DNA of 42,001 nucleotides from Nanobdellota archaeon (GCA_038045005.1 JBBSYZ010000008.1:1-42001), one strand, 5' to 3'. Positions 18,173 to 31,697 are shown, counted from the first letter of the stretch. Numbers and translations: made by a program. Notes: generated by a model from the sequence alone, not told the origin.

Positions 18173-18772
18173 ATGTCAACGATAAAATTTTTCAACCGCT
18201 GGACCGCAGAAGGCGTTAAAGTAGCTGATGTAGGTTTAGTTCCTTACCTTACGATCGAACCCAAGATGGCTCCTAAGACCGGAGCGCGCTATGCAGGAAA
18301 CCGGTTCCATAAATCCAATACTTTCATCGTCGAACGGCTAGCCAGCAAATTGATGCAGTCCGGCCATAAAGGGAAAAAACATTTCATGAGTTCCGGACAC
18401 AACACCGGGAAAAAGATCAAAGCGTTAAACACGGTAAAGAATGCCTTGGCTAAAGCGGAAGCTAAGCTCAAGCAAAATCCTCTTGCTATTTTGGTGCGCG
18501 CGGTTGAAAATGCCGCTCCCAGGGAAGAAGTCATCGCTATCGAATACGGAGGAGCGCGATACCCTAAAGCAGTGGACGTTGCTCCGCAGCGAAGAGTTGA
18601 TTTGGCTCTCCGCAACATGACTCAGGGAGCATATGTAAAGACATTCAACAAGAAAACCAAGATTGACGACGCTTTGGCGGACGAAATAATTTCTGCCGCT
18701 CAATCAAGCGGGCGAAGCAACGCCATCGCCAAGAAAAGAGACTTGGAAAGACAGGCTGCTAGTAGTAAGTAA
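18173..18772 (+). CDS. rps7: Ribosomal protein uS7
   Basis: AVENAAPREE, AVDVAPQRRVDLALR. Confidence 0.97.
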   Translation: MSTIKFFNRWTAEGVKVADVGLVPYLTIEPKMAPKTGARYAGNRFHKSNTFIVERLASKLMQSGHKGKKHFMSSGHNTGKKIKALNTVKNALAKAEAKLKQNPLAILVRAVENAAPREEVIAIEYGGARYPKAVDVAPQRRVDLALRNMTQGAYVKTFNKKTKIDDALADEIISAAQSSGRSNAIAKKRDLERQAASSK

Positions 18773-18880
18773 GGATTAGTGTTTTTGAAGTCGTGGGGCA
18801 TGCACTACTTTTAGTGGGGACAATGCTAATCACCAAATCTATTCGATTAATTTTTAAATATTCTCCGTAATTCTAAACCT

Positions 18881-19831
18881 ATGATCATCCTCGGCGTCGA
18901 AAGCACCGCACATACCTTCGGGATAGGCATCGTAACGGACAAAGGCAGGATACTTGCCAACGTTAAAGCCAGTTACACTTCCAAAGATGCGGGCATGATT
19001 CCGCATGAGATTGCCGAACACCATGAAAAAGTCGCAGAAAGAATTCTCCTGGAAGCGTTCAAAACTGCCAAAGCCGGATGGGATGACGTCGAATTCATCG
19101 CCTATTCTGCCGGACCCGGTTTAGATCCGGCCTTATGGAAAGGATACCATATCGTCACGGAATGGGCGAAAGAACAGCACAAAAAAATAGTTCCCGTAAA
19201 TCACTGCTGTGCCCATCTTTCCATCGGCAAAATGTGGAATAAGCTGAAAGAACCGGTTTATCTTTATGTCTCCGGCGTAAATACGCAGGTTATAATTCAG
19301 GAAAAAAACAAATATTTAGTTCTGGGGGAAACTCTCGATATAGGCCTGGGAAATATGCTGGACAAGTTTGGAAGAATTTTGGACTTAGGTTTTCCTGCCG
19401 GGCCGAAGATAGAAGAATTGGCCAAGAAAGGCAAATATCTTGAATTGCCGTACGTAGTTAAGGGGATGGACGTTTCTTTCTCCGGCTTGCTGACTAAAGC
19501 GCAGCAATTGTTCGAGCAAAAAAAAGCCGCTAAAGAAGATTTATGCTTTTCACTGCAGGAAACTTGTTTCGCCATGTGCGCGGAAGTCGCTGAAAGAGCA
19601 TTAGCCCATACCGGGAAGAAAGAACTGCTCTTAGTCGGCGGCGTGGGGGCGAACAAAAGGTTCTGTGAGATGCTGGACCTGATGTGCAGAGAACGCGGCG
19701 CAAAATTCTATCAAGTACCGGCTGATTTAGCCGGAGACCAGGGTGCCATGATTGCTTGGGAAGGGTTCCTGCGAAAAGATGAGATTAAAGAGATGACCGT
19801 AAATCCGCATTGGAGAGCTGATGAAACATGA
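18881..19831 (+). CDS. kae1: tRNA t6A threonylcarbamoyltransferase Kae1 (stand-alone)
   Basis: ILGVESTAHT, GPGL, HCCAH, YVSG.NTQ, GET.DI, GGVGAN motifs. Confidence 0.95.
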   Translation: MIILGVESTAHTFGIGIVTDKGRILANVKASYTSKDAGMIPHEIAEHHEKVAERILLEAFKTAKAGWDDVEFIAYSAGPGLDPALWKGYHIVTEWAKEQHKKIVPVNHCCAHLSIGKMWNKLKEPVYLYVSGVNTQVIIQEKNKYLVLGETLDIGLGNMLDKFGRILDLGFPAGPKIEELAKKGKYLELPYVVKGMDVSFSGLLTKAQQLFEQKKAAKEDLCFSLQETCFAMCAEVAERALAHTGKKELLLVGGVGANKRFCEMLDLMCRERGAKFYQVPADLAGDQGAMIAWEGFLRKDEIKEMTVNPHWRADET

Positions 19832-19952
19832 TAAAAAGCAGTATCCTGCGGAATTGCCAAAATCCCACAAAATTTTAGAAACTTTTATAAAGCTAAAATA
19901 CCCCTGATTCTACATAGTTTATCGACGATAAACAATATTTCGCCCCTTTTAA

Positions 19953-23210
<3,258 letters not shown>

Positions 23211-23277
23211 TAGGGAATGTTTTTAATCAGAAATCTTTTTAAAGAGGCTCACACCGCAGGATATAGGTGATGTTAAA

Positions 23278-23514
23278 ATGCCAGGATTTGATAAAAGTTT
23301 AGATAAGGAAATGTTTTCCAAGACCGTAGATTTTGAACGCTCTAGGATTACCGTAGCAGTATTCGCGTACAACAACGGAACACCCAAGCTGCAGTTAAGC
23401 CGCGAGACCAAAAGCGCGGACGGAGAATATACTTTCGCAAAATTAGGCCGGATGCTTAAAAGCGAAGTAGAAGCAGTAATGCCGCTGATGGAAGAAGCGA
23501 AGAAATATCTTTGA
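23278..23514 (+). CDS. Small hypothetical protein, possible PC4/YdbC-like nucleic-acid-binding fold
   Basis: SD AGGTGA; beta-rich 'ITVAVFAYNNGTPKLQLSR' followed by a helix; fold is an inference. Confidence 0.65.
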   Translation: MPGFDKSLDKEMFSKTVDFERSRITVAVFAYNNGTPKLQLSRETKSADGEYTFAKLGRMLKSEVEAVMPLMEEAKKYL

Positions 23515-23580
23515 TTTTAATTTTTTATTGTTTTCTCAATCCCCATAATTTATTAAAATTTATTTTGCAAAAATACCGCC

Positions 23581-26500
23581 CTAAATCTTCAGGCTGGTGA
23601 TCTTGCTGACGCCGTCTTTCATACTTACGCCGAACAAAGTGTCCGCTTCAGAGATTATCGCGTCATTGTGAGAGATGACAATATACTGCGCCCGGTCAGC
23701 ATAACTTCTAATCAGCTTTGCCAACACGTCTGAGTTCTGTTTGTCCAAGGCCGCATCGATCTCATCCAATACATAGAATGATGCCGGCTGATATTCCTGG
23801 ATGGCAAATATGAACGACAACGCCGTCAGGGTCTTTTCCCCGCCGGACAGGGATTTGATATCCATGAATCGGTTCCCGGTCAATTTTACTTTGACGGACA
23901 AACCGCCTTCAAAAGGACTGTTGAAATTTTCCAATTCCAAATACGCTTTTCCCTTGGTAAATAATGAACTGAAGATTTTCTGAAAATTATCGTCGGCTTT
24001 GCTGAAGGTTTTCATGAAATGCTCTTTCTTTTTGGATTCGATCTCGTTCATCAGGGTAAGGACGTCGGTTTTCTCCTTGCCTAAACTGTCTTTCTTTTCT
24101 ATCAACTTGTTGAATTCCAGTTCTACCTGCTCATATACTTCCAGGGCTTTCATGTTTACGGCTGACATCTGCCCCAGCATCACTTCAAACTTGGCGATTT
24201 CATGCTTTAATTCTTCCGCAGTCTTATTGGAGAATATTTTTGCGCCATTATACCGGCCGAATTCTTCCTGCAGTCCGGCTAATTTAGCTTTCACTTCAGC
24301 ATTTTTCAGAGAGACCAAATTAATTTCCCGCTCATGCTCCCGCATCTTATCGCGGAAGGATTCTATCTCATTCTCCGCTTTTCCGGCATCCGCGCTTAAT
24401 TTTTCTCTGATGACAAACAATTCCTTATAGGTCGAATAAAATTCCTTGCTTTCTTTCTCTTTGACTTCCAGCTCTCTCTCTTTAGTTTTAATGCTGCTGC
24501 TGAGCCGGTTAATTTCCGCCGTGAAACGCTGCTCTTCCTTATCGTGCTGTTTCAGGATTTCCTTGATTTTTTCCTTCTCCGGCGCAATCACCTGTTCCGC
24601 CTGCAGCAGCATATTTTTGAGATCGCTTTCGGAACGCAAAATATCTTCCCGGCATTTCTGCCTTGATTCTTCAAACGCGCTCAGCTGCGCCAATAATCGT
24701 GGATCGCGAAGCTGGCTGACTTCGGAACGCAGCTCCTGTTTGCTGGTCTTTAAATCCGCCAACTCTTTGTTGATAGAACTTACATTCTTTTGCACTGCTG
24801 CCAGAGAATCGTCCACTTTCTGCAGCCGCCCCCTCAATTCTTTATTTAAATCGGCAGAAGCGTCCAAATCCTGAGAGCTTAAATGCAGGGTCTTTTCCAA
24901 TTTTATCATTTCTGCTTCCAGTTCAGCTTTTCCAGTCCGCAGCGCGGATATTTCCTGCAGGTTCGCTTCCCGTTTCTGTTCGACATTGACTAACACTCCC
25001 TGCCATTCACCCAGCTCTTTTTCAGATAGTTCTAATTCATCCAAAGTATCTTTTTCTTTAAATCCAGCCGAGATTCTCTTGGCAAAAAATCCGCCCCGCA
25101 TAACTCCGCTTTCTTCGGCTAAACTTCCGTCCAGGGTGACCATGCGCGCCGTTCCGACGCCAATTTTCCTTACTGCGTCAAGATCTTCTACGATGGCCGT
25201 TTTTCCAAACACATAAGCAAAAGCTTTCTTGAACTGCGGTTTGAAAGTTATTAAGTTAAATGCAAAATTATGCACGCCCGGTTTTTTAAGAACGGCCTGG
25301 TCCTCGGCAGTAAGATCATGATATTTTATTTTATTCAACGGAATGAACGAAGCCGAACCCAGCTTGTTTTCTTTTAAGTAAGCGATGCAATCTGCGGCCG
25401 TCTTGTCATCTTCCACCACTATATTGTTCATGCGCGCACCGGCAGATGCTTCTAAAGCCCGAGTATATTTCTTATCGGCCTGTCCCAGTTCAGCTATGGT
25501 GCCGTGCACGCCGCCCTTGAATTTTTTCCGGTTATCTAAGATGCTGCGAAGAGCTAAATCCGTAGCCAAATTAGCCTGATAAGAAAGAGTTTTAGCGTTT
25601 AATTGAGCTTGTTTTGCCTGCAATTCCACCATTTTACGCCGGGCATTCCCTAATTGGGAAGCATAACCGCTGTCCAGTTCCAGGCATTTATTCAGTTTTA
25701 ACGTAGCAGTTTTAAAATCATTTTTGTGCTTCTGCAGCAACTCTATCTGCTGTTTATCCTCCTTTTCTACTTCTTTTACTTTTTTGATGCGCTCTTCCAG
25801 GCCTGCTAATTGATATTCGATCTGGTCTTTTTCCCGCAGTAGCTCCTGCTGTTTCTGCCGCACCAGCTGGATTTCTTCCTGCTTTTTTTCTATCACTTGT
25901 TCTTTAAGCTCAATCTCTTTTTCCAGTTCTTGTGAAGATTCGATCTTATTCTTTTTCTTGAACTGCAGGACGCTCTTTTCTAATTCCTGCAGCTCTTTCT
26001 GCTTTTTATTGATATTTTGCTGGAGTTCCTGCTGCTGCCTGCTTTGGGAAAACGTTTTATCTTCAAGATCGCGTATCTCTACTGAGAATTGGTCTTTTCT
26101 CTGGCCGATTTTGTTAATCTCATCTTTTAATGCCGAAACCCGGGTTCTTTCTTCCGCCAAGGAAACTTTCAGATCTTCCAGCTGGCGGTGCACTTTTACC
26201 TGTTCTTTTTCACCCTTCTGCTCAATCTCCTGGTTGATCTTGACTATCTTGCCTTTATGTTCCTCAGCAGTTTTCCTAAGCGCTTCAGTTTTCTCTTCCC
26301 ACGCTTTTATCTTCGCTTCATGCTGCGCAATTTCCAGATCATATTTCTCTTTGACCGATTCTCTTTCTTTAATCTGCTGGTGCAGATAAGTAGCTTTATG
26401 AGAATCTATATGGTCTTTCAGCTCTTTAAATTTTAACGCCTGGTCGCGGTCCTTTTTTAACTCCTTCAGATAAGTTTTTCTTTCCGCCAGGATGATTTCC

Positions 26501-27075
26501 GCATTGTTAAGTTTCTCGTCCACTTTCTGCAGCTCTAACATGGCTTTATGCTTTTTATCTTCGTAGATAGAAACATCACTGATCTCTTCGATGATTTTCC
26601 TCCGGTCTACCGGATTCATGTCCACGAAGCTGGTGATGTCGCCCTGCAGAATTATATTGTACCCTTCCGGATTGATTTTTGCAGAAGACAACAGGTCCAG
26701 AATTTCAGTCCTGGTTTTTTTGCTTCCGTTTACTTTATACACACTGTTCCCATTCTTGGTGACGGCCCGGGTAACGACCACTTCTTCCGCATTTAAAGGG
26801 AAAATCCTGCTTTTATTATCAAACGCGATTTCCACATATGCACCTGAAGCGGGCTTCTTATCCTTGCCGCCGTTGAAAATAAGGTTAGCTGCCTTTTCCG
26901 CCCGAAGCGATTTGGCCGAGAGCCGACCCAGAACAAAACATAATGCATCTCCTACATTGGATTTTCCGGAGCCGTTCGGGCCCAGGATGCAGTTGTATTT
27001 CCCATCGAACAGGATATCTGTTTTATGCGCGAAACTCTTGAATCCGTAGATGGTGATGCGATTGATTACCGTCAT
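23581..27075 (-). CDS. smc: Chromosome segregation protein SMC
   Basis: Walker A GPNGSGKSN, coiled coils, hinge, LSGGEK signature, DEIDAALD. Confidence 0.97.
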   Translation of the reverse strand: MTVINRITIYGFKSFAHKTDILFDGKYNCILGPNGSGKSNVGDALCFVLGRLSAKSLRAEKAANLIFNGGKDKKPASGAYVEIAFDNKSRIFPLNAEEVVVTRAVTKNGNSVYKVNGSKKTRTEILDLLSSAKINPEGYNIILQGDITSFVDMNPVDRRKIIEEISDVSIYEDKKHKAMLELQKVDEKLNNAEIILAERKTYLKELKKDRDQALKFKELKDHIDSHKATYLHQQIKERESVKEKYDLEIAQHEAKIKAWEEKTEALRKTAEEHKGKIVKINQEIEQKGEKEQVKVHRQLEDLKVSLAEERTRVSALKDEINKIGQRKDQFSVEIRDLEDKTFSQSRQQQELQQNINKKQKELQELEKSVLQFKKKNKIESSQELEKEIELKEQVIEKKQEEIQLVRQKQQELLREKDQIEYQLAGLEERIKKVKEVEKEDKQQIELLQKHKNDFKTATLKLNKCLELDSGYASQLGNARRKMVELQAKQAQLNAKTLSYQANLATDLALRSILDNRKKFKGGVHGTIAELGQADKKYTRALEASAGARMNNIVVEDDKTAADCIAYLKENKLGSASFIPLNKIKYHDLTAEDQAVLKKPGVHNFAFNLITFKPQFKKAFAYVFGKTAIVEDLDAVRKIGVGTARMVTLDGSLAEESGVMRGGFFAKRISAGFKEKDTLDELELSEKELGEWQGVLVNVEQKREANLQEISALRTGKAELEAEMIKLEKTLHLSSQDLDASADLNKELRGRLQKVDDSLAAVQKNVSSINKELADLKTSKQELRSEVSQLRDPRLLAQLSAFEESRQKCREDILRSESDLKNMLLQAEQVIAPEKEKIKEILKQHDKEEQRFTAEINRLSSSIKTKERELEVKEKESKEFYSTYKELFVIREKLSADAGKAENEIESFRDKMREHEREINLVSLKNAEVKAKLAGLQEEFGRYNGAKIFSNKTAEELKHEIAKFEVMLGQMSAVNMKALEVYEQVELEFNKLIEKKDSLGKEKTDVLTLMNEIESKKKEHFMKTFSKADDNFQKIFSSLFTKGKAYLELENFNSPFEGGLSVKVKLTGNRFMDIKSLSGGEKTLTALSFIFAIQEYQPASFYVLDEIDAALDKQNSDVLAKLIRSYADRAQYIVISHNDAIISEADTLFGVSMKDGVSKITSLKI

Positions 27076-27277
27076 TGTAAAAGCTCCTTTTCAATAACCA
27101 TGGCCAAACCTGCAATTTTTACTGATTCAGCTGCTGATCCGGCGCTGGACTGCCATTTAAATTGTCAGCATTTCTATTGGTAGAATGTTTTATTTTTGGT
27201 TTATAAAGGTTACTGTTATAGAGTACATGATGTGGCGGTTTTAAGCCTTGAAGAATGGTATTTAGTTGTCATTATCC

Positions 27278-27907
27278 TTACTTTCCCCATTTTTCTTTCC
27301 CAACCATCTTCCTGCCAATCTTATGCGCCAGATGCAACGGCTCCGGCAATTTATGCGGATGCACAATCGTTTTTGGAATTATGTCCTGCACCGTATCAAA
27401 AGAAACGTGATGCCCCGGAGAGACGTAAATAGGATTGGAATGCTCTCGGGTCTTGATTTCAAACCCCATAACTTCTCCATCAACTAATACTTTCCCTTCC
27501 TGAAGATTTCCGAAAGTAACTTTATCCTGCACACCTATGGTCGACATATTTAATGCCAAGCCCAGATGAGATGCTACCCCCATATTATGCTGATGCAGGA
27601 CACCGGCACCTTTCACCAGCAATATATCCGGCTCTTCGTCCAACTGATTGAATGCTTCGATTATCGCCGGCATTTCCCGGTAAGCTGTAAAGCCCGGCCG
27701 GTAAGGAAGCGGATTATCTAACACGTATGTTTTCTGTTCCTTAACTTTGAAAGAAGGGAACTCACAGACTACTATGCAGGCCAATAATTTATTTCCCATC
27801 TGCAGGCATACTGCGCCGCCCAAGGTCTTGATTTCCTTGAAACTATCGTTAAGCACAATCTTCGGCGCAAGTTTCAGCTGTTCCCTTCGAAGTTCAAATG
27901 TATCCAT
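27278..27907 (-). CDS. nfi: Endonuclease V homolog (catalytic aspartates substituted)
   Basis: PYRPGFTAYRE wedge, GVASHLG, PIYVSPGH, KLPEPLHLAH. Confidence 0.88.
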   Translation of the reverse strand: MDTFELRREQLKLAPKIVLNDSFKEIKTLGGAVCLQMGNKLLACIVVCEFPSFKVKEQKTYVLDNPLPYRPGFTAYREMPAIIEAFNQLDEEPDILLVKGAGVLHQHNMGVASHLGLALNMSTIGVQDKVTFGNLQEGKVLVDGEVMGFEIKTREHSNPIYVSPGHHVSFDTVQDIIPKTIVHPHKLPEPLHLAHKIGRKMVGKEKWGK

Positions 27908-27919
27908 TTTGCATTTACC

Positions 27920-28846
27920 TTATTTTCGCGCTTCCTGCTCGCTAACGCTCGCACCACGCACCCGACGAGCACGGCCGTCGTAGTAGATAGGGTCGCTGTA
28001 GCAATCGAGGAGGAACCTACCTGCATAGCCACTGAGCCAGACCGCCCTTTCTGGCATTTCTGCACGAGTGTAATATTTCTCGCTTTTAGTGGGAGCAGTC
28101 CAGCTAAAAATATCGTTTCTGCTCTTACCGCCGATAAATTCTAATGTTTGAATTATTATTTCAGCATCATCTTCGGCATCTAAAATCGTTTGCAGATAAG
28201 TCAAACCGGAACCGCTGTCGGCAACTTCTTCAATTAGAGTTCCTTTATAAACCGGAACTTCGATAACTCTTTCTTTAGTCAGTTCAGGTTTTTTACATTT
28301 ATAGTGCTGCACCACTCTGGCATCCAAACTGTTTGCAGAGTAAAATAATCTGGTGTTGGCGATCAGCCCGCCCATACCATCTTTCCAGGTAAAATCTTCC
28401 CGCAGGCCGTTTAAGTATGATTGAGCTTTAGCCTGCCCTTCAGCAGTTCCCGATTCGCGCATTTTCTTTATGATCTTAAAATTAGCATACAAGTCGCCCA
28501 TGGAAGCCATGACTCTGCCGTCTTTGATTTTATTCCAGTATTTGATCCATTCATCCGCAGTCTTTTTCTTTCCATTTTCCGCCGATTTCTCGTCAAGAGT
28601 TAATTCGTGCTCTGAGGTTGATTCCGAACGGCAAACCCGTTCCAGAATATCAATCAGGCTTTCTCCGCTGCTTCTAAATATTCCCAATAAACTTTTTTGC
28701 TTCATACGCTGCCGGAGAGCTTGGTCCATCTCTTCTCCCTTTCCGCAGTTTATAGCGTAAGCTAACGCAGTCTGTTCGTCAGAAATATTTAATTGTTCCC
28801 GGTTAATCTTAATGATTTTCTCAGCTTCTTCACGATGGTAAGTCAT
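27920..28846 (-). CDS. Hypothetical protein with DGR-variable-region-like C-terminus
   Basis: C-terminal 'RAVWL..RFLLD..DGRARRVR' encoded by a run of NNC/NNT codons; overlaps upstream gene (ATGA). Confidence 0.7.
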   Translation of the reverse strand: MTYHREEAEKIIKINREQLNISDEQTALAYAINCGKGEEMDQALRQRMKQKSLLGIFRSSGESLIDILERVCRSESTSEHELTLDEKSAENGKKKTADEWIKYWNKIKDGRVMASMGDLYANFKIIKKMRESGTAEGQAKAQSYLNGLREDFTWKDGMGGLIANTRLFYSANSLDARVVQHYKCKKPELTKERVIEVPVYKGTLIEEVADSGSGLTYLQTILDAEDDAEIIIQTLEFIGGKSRNDIFSWTAPTKSEKYYTRAEMPERAVWLSGYAGRFLLDCYSDPIYYDGRARRVRGASVSEQEARK

Positions 28847-29778
28847 TTTTCATCCCCGCTTTTTTCTCCGTCTTTTGAGAAATATATTTTCGGCCCGAAA
28901 ACAACATCATTTTTTATGTCAAATCCATAAAGTAGTTTTTCAGAATCGTCGGTGATCCTTACAATCTGATAGTAATCATAAGAACGCCCTGCAAAATTTG
29001 CGGCTTCTTCCATACTTTGGAAATTTGCTTCAGTCTGTTCGGATTCGTTAATGCTTATTATACCGTATTTTCCATCCTCCCGGTACGCATAAACAATATG
29101 CGATATAACTGCCGGATCTTTAGAATCTAAATAAATGCCCGCGCCGTTATTAAGCAGGTAATGTGAAAATGCCAGCACGTCATCACAATCGCCTTTCTTA
29201 GTGCGATAAAAATGGACTGCGGTAGTAAACACATCGCAACTGCCCTCTCCGTTTTGGCTCCCCGCGCATAAATTACCGCTAAATTGCTTTTCATCAGATA
29301 AATATTTAGTCTTATTAACTATGAAGTTCTGTACAGATTTGCGTTTTCCGAACAATGAATCCAGTCTTGAACCTTCTCTGGAATTAAGCGGAGGATAAAC
29401 CTTATTCGGCCCGGGATGGTAAGTTACATTTACAGAACCGGGATTTAATCTTATTTCGGCTGCAGTTCTGATTGCAGATTCTGAAATTTTTGCTGGAACT
29501 TCTTGCTTGAAGAGTTCCAACTTTCTTCCTAAATATGCGCCCCAGCCAGAACCGGCTAAAACAGCTAAACTGCAAGATATTAAAAAAAATGGGAGGGGGA
29601 TGCGACATTTATGGCTGCCGGTGTCTTCTTCCGATTTTGATAATTTACTTACTTCTATCAGCTTGGTGCGGTTTTCAACCAAATATCTTCCGTCAGCAGT
29701 TCTGTAAACAGTGCATTCTTCTTTTACCAGACGTTCTAATTGACCGTCTTTTTGGACGCCATCTTTTTGAGAAACCAT
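28843..29778 (-). CDS. Membrane-anchored transglutaminase-like (papain-fold) protein
   Basis: One TM near residues 62-84; KKGDCDD catalytic-Cys motif and downstream SHIVYAY His strand. Confidence 0.65.
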   Translation of the reverse strand: MVSQKDGVQKDGQLERLVKEECTVYRTADGRYLVENRTKLIEVSKLSKSEEDTGSHKCRIPLPFFLISCSLAVLAGSGWGAYLGRKLELFKQEVPAKISESAIRTAAEIRLNPGSVNVTYHPGPNKVYPPLNSREGSRLDSLFGKRKSVQNFIVNKTKYLSDEKQFSGNLCAGSQNGEGSCDVFTTAVHFYRTKKGDCDDVLAFSHYLLNNGAGIYLDSKDPAVISHIVYAYREDGKYGIISINESEQTEANFQSMEEAANFAGRSYDYYQIVRITDDSEKLLYGFDIKNDVVFGPKIYFSKDGEKSGDEK

Positions 29779-29804
29779 TTTTATAAATTGTCCATAGTTT
29801 TATT

Positions 29805-30356
29805 TCAATCTCTCCTTATTCCTCTTACCCGGCAATAAACTGAATAACTGGGCAGTATTTCGTCGCTTATCCTGATTTCAGCAAGCTTTTCGCGCGTATC
29901 AATAACAATTTCTCCCCGTTCCAGCGCATAATTTTCTGGAAGTATTTCTGTATAATCATCAATATGGTTAAGATCCCTTTTACCGCAGTATCTTCGCTTA
30001 ATTTTTTTTCGGTTAAACCCAAGCTCTGCAAGAACATCGTCAATCTGCGAGTCTATGCGCATAGCTTCATCATAAACCCTGGCTCTTTCCCACTGGCACA
30101 GACAGCGCATCCCCGATAGCAGCACATTATAATCTGCCGGATTGCCGTCAATTTTTCCGTCAATTTCAGGGAACAGCAAATCGTGCGCATTCGCGCCTTC
30201 GAAAGGCAGCTTGGCCAGCAGATAGCCGGTATTAGTCTGCTGATTATATAATCCCAGCCCCAAAGCAGCAGAAAGAGATATGGTTGACCCTATCAAAGGC
30301 TCTTCAATCTTCGTCAACGGCCAGCCGATATCCACCCTAATGATATTCCAGTTCAT
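29805..30356 (-). CDS. Hypothetical protein, weak CheD-like pattern
   Basis: 'TISLSAALGLGLYNQQTNTGYLL' resembles CheD 'TxGLGSCVGIALYD..GGLAH' but lacks the Cys and His. Confidence 0.55.
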   Translation of the reverse strand: MNWNIIRVDIGWPLTKIEEPLIGSTISLSAALGLGLYNQQTNTGYLLAKLPFEGANAHDLLFPEIDGKIDGNPADYNVLLSGMRCLCQWERARVYDEAMRIDSQIDDVLAELGFNRKKIKRRYCGKRDLNHIDDYTEILPENYALERGEIVIDTREKLAEIRISDEILPSYSVYCRVRGIRRD

Positions 30357-30404
30357 TCCTGTTCACCAGTTTTGAATATTGTTTAAAACAAAAAAATAAA
30401 AAAT

Positions 30405-30674
30405 TTAGTATCTTATATTGATGATACGCAGAGGTCGGTAAGCAAACCATCCTTGGTTTAGTTCTTGGCCTACTGCTTTATCTGAAGCTGCGTCAACAGT
30501 TTCTACAGGTTTACGCCTATACTTATCAAACCAAGCACTAAACCCTATGCTTCGAAGCAATTCCGCTTCTAATTGGGCTTCTTGGTTCGGTTTAAAGCTG
30601 ATAGCAATCTTATTGTAGCTTGCAGCGGTCTGTTCTAAATCTAATGGTATTTGTGTCATTTTAGGTAACCTCAT
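30405..30674 (-). CDS. Hypothetical protein
   Basis: ATG-initiated 89-aa ORF heading a co-directional gene run; TTTATAAA upstream. Confidence 0.55.
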   Translation of the reverse strand: MRLPKMTQIPLDLEQTAASYNKIAISFKPNQEAQLEAELLRSIGFSAWFDKYRRKPVETVDAASDKAVGQELNQGWFAYRPLRIINIRY

Positions 30675-30785
30675 TGGTACTCTTTTTTTAACTTAAAATG
30701 AGCTCAGAGTTTATAAATCTTACCACGATTTACTACGGTACAGTAGATAATAAGGTTTAAAATCGCAGCAGTTTACTTAGTGGAC

Positions 30786-31148
30786 ATGACTTCAGAAAAC
30801 TGGTGGTGGGGGCGTTCTGCCTCTGTTGATTTGCACGGCTGCGATCCTCTGTTGGTAAAGAATCCTGCAGCTATCCGGCGTTTCATACGCACCTTGATAA
30901 CAGAATTGAAAATGAAACGCGTCGGCCCGGCGATAATCAAGCGTTTCGGCCACAAAAAACTGCGCGGTTATTCCCTGATGCAGTTCATCGAGACCAGCAC
31001 CATCACGGCTCACTTCGATGAGCAGGGCAACCGGGCGTTTATCGACATCTTCAGCTGCAAGACTTACGACACTAAGAAAGTAGCGCTGTTCTGCAAGAAA
31101 TTCTTTAAGGCTAAGGATTACGTGCTGTATGTGGAAGAGAGAAGATAA
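30786..31148 (+). CDS. speD: S-adenosylmethionine decarboxylase proenzyme
   Basis: DLHGC, GYSLMQFIET|S self-cleavage site, H, DIFSCK motif. Confidence 0.9.
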   Translation: MTSENWWWGRSASVDLHGCDPLLVKNPAAIRRFIRTLITELKMKRVGPAIIKRFGHKKLRGYSLMQFIETSTITAHFDEQGNRAFIDIFSCKTYDTKKVALFCKKFFKAKDYVLYVEERR

Positions 31149-31223
31149 AACTAAAGATGATACGTAAGCATATAGAAAGATATTTATAATCTATTTCTTC
31201 TATAAAGAAGAAAGAGGCGCAAG

Positions 31224-31697
31224 ATGGTTTTTCGCGAAGAAGACAAACATTTCTTATCTTCATTATACATAGCTGTTGCCATTATCTTGACCTGGAAAGG
31301 GCTGTGGACAGGCATTTATGAAGTACCTTTCATTGGCAGCTTGCAATGTAAAATTTTAGGTCCATACTGCGGATCGTTCGTATTCCTCTTCATAGGTTTT
31401 GCCATGCTTATGTTCTCGGGAGCAATTTTCAAAGAATTTGATCCTCTGGGGGGGATCCAAAAAGCAGTAAATAAAACTTTGCATTCTATTTATACCCACC
31501 AGGATAAAAAAAATTTTCAATTTAAATATTATGATAAATCACAAAAAAAGAATGTTGCCATTCCGGCTGCTTGGGTAAAAAAAATAGAAAAAGACGCTTT
31601 AATAGTTGTGCTCCCGCACCAGAAAAAGGAGATATTCATCCCCATACACAGAGTAACAGAAGTTCTTTACAAAGGAAAGAGTTACTGGAGACTATAA
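31224..31697 (+). CDS. Two-TM membrane protein with C-terminal MJ1316/DUF504-like domain (paralog 1)
   Basis: Two hydrophobic helices (W.G.W), then 'FKYYD...FIPIHRVTEVLYKGKSYW'. Confidence 0.7.
   Translation: MVFREEDKHFLSSLYIAVAIILTWKGLWTGIYEVPFIGSLQCKILGPYCGSFVFLFIGFAMLMFSGAIFKEFDPLGGIQKAVNKTLHSIYTHQDKKNFQFKYYDKSQKKNVAIPAAWVKKIEKDALIVVLPHQKKEIFIPIHRVTEVLYKGKSYWRL

Noticed and set aside
23801-27049. Numerous plus-strand ORFs within smc (and similar ones within rpo and gyrB genes)
   Set aside because: Antisense shadow frames of conserved genes
30540-30554. 15-nt match AAACCCTATGCTTCG to the MITE left end (7541-7555)
   Set aside because: About one such match is expected by chance in a 42-kb self-comparison; lacks the TIR terminus and a partner end
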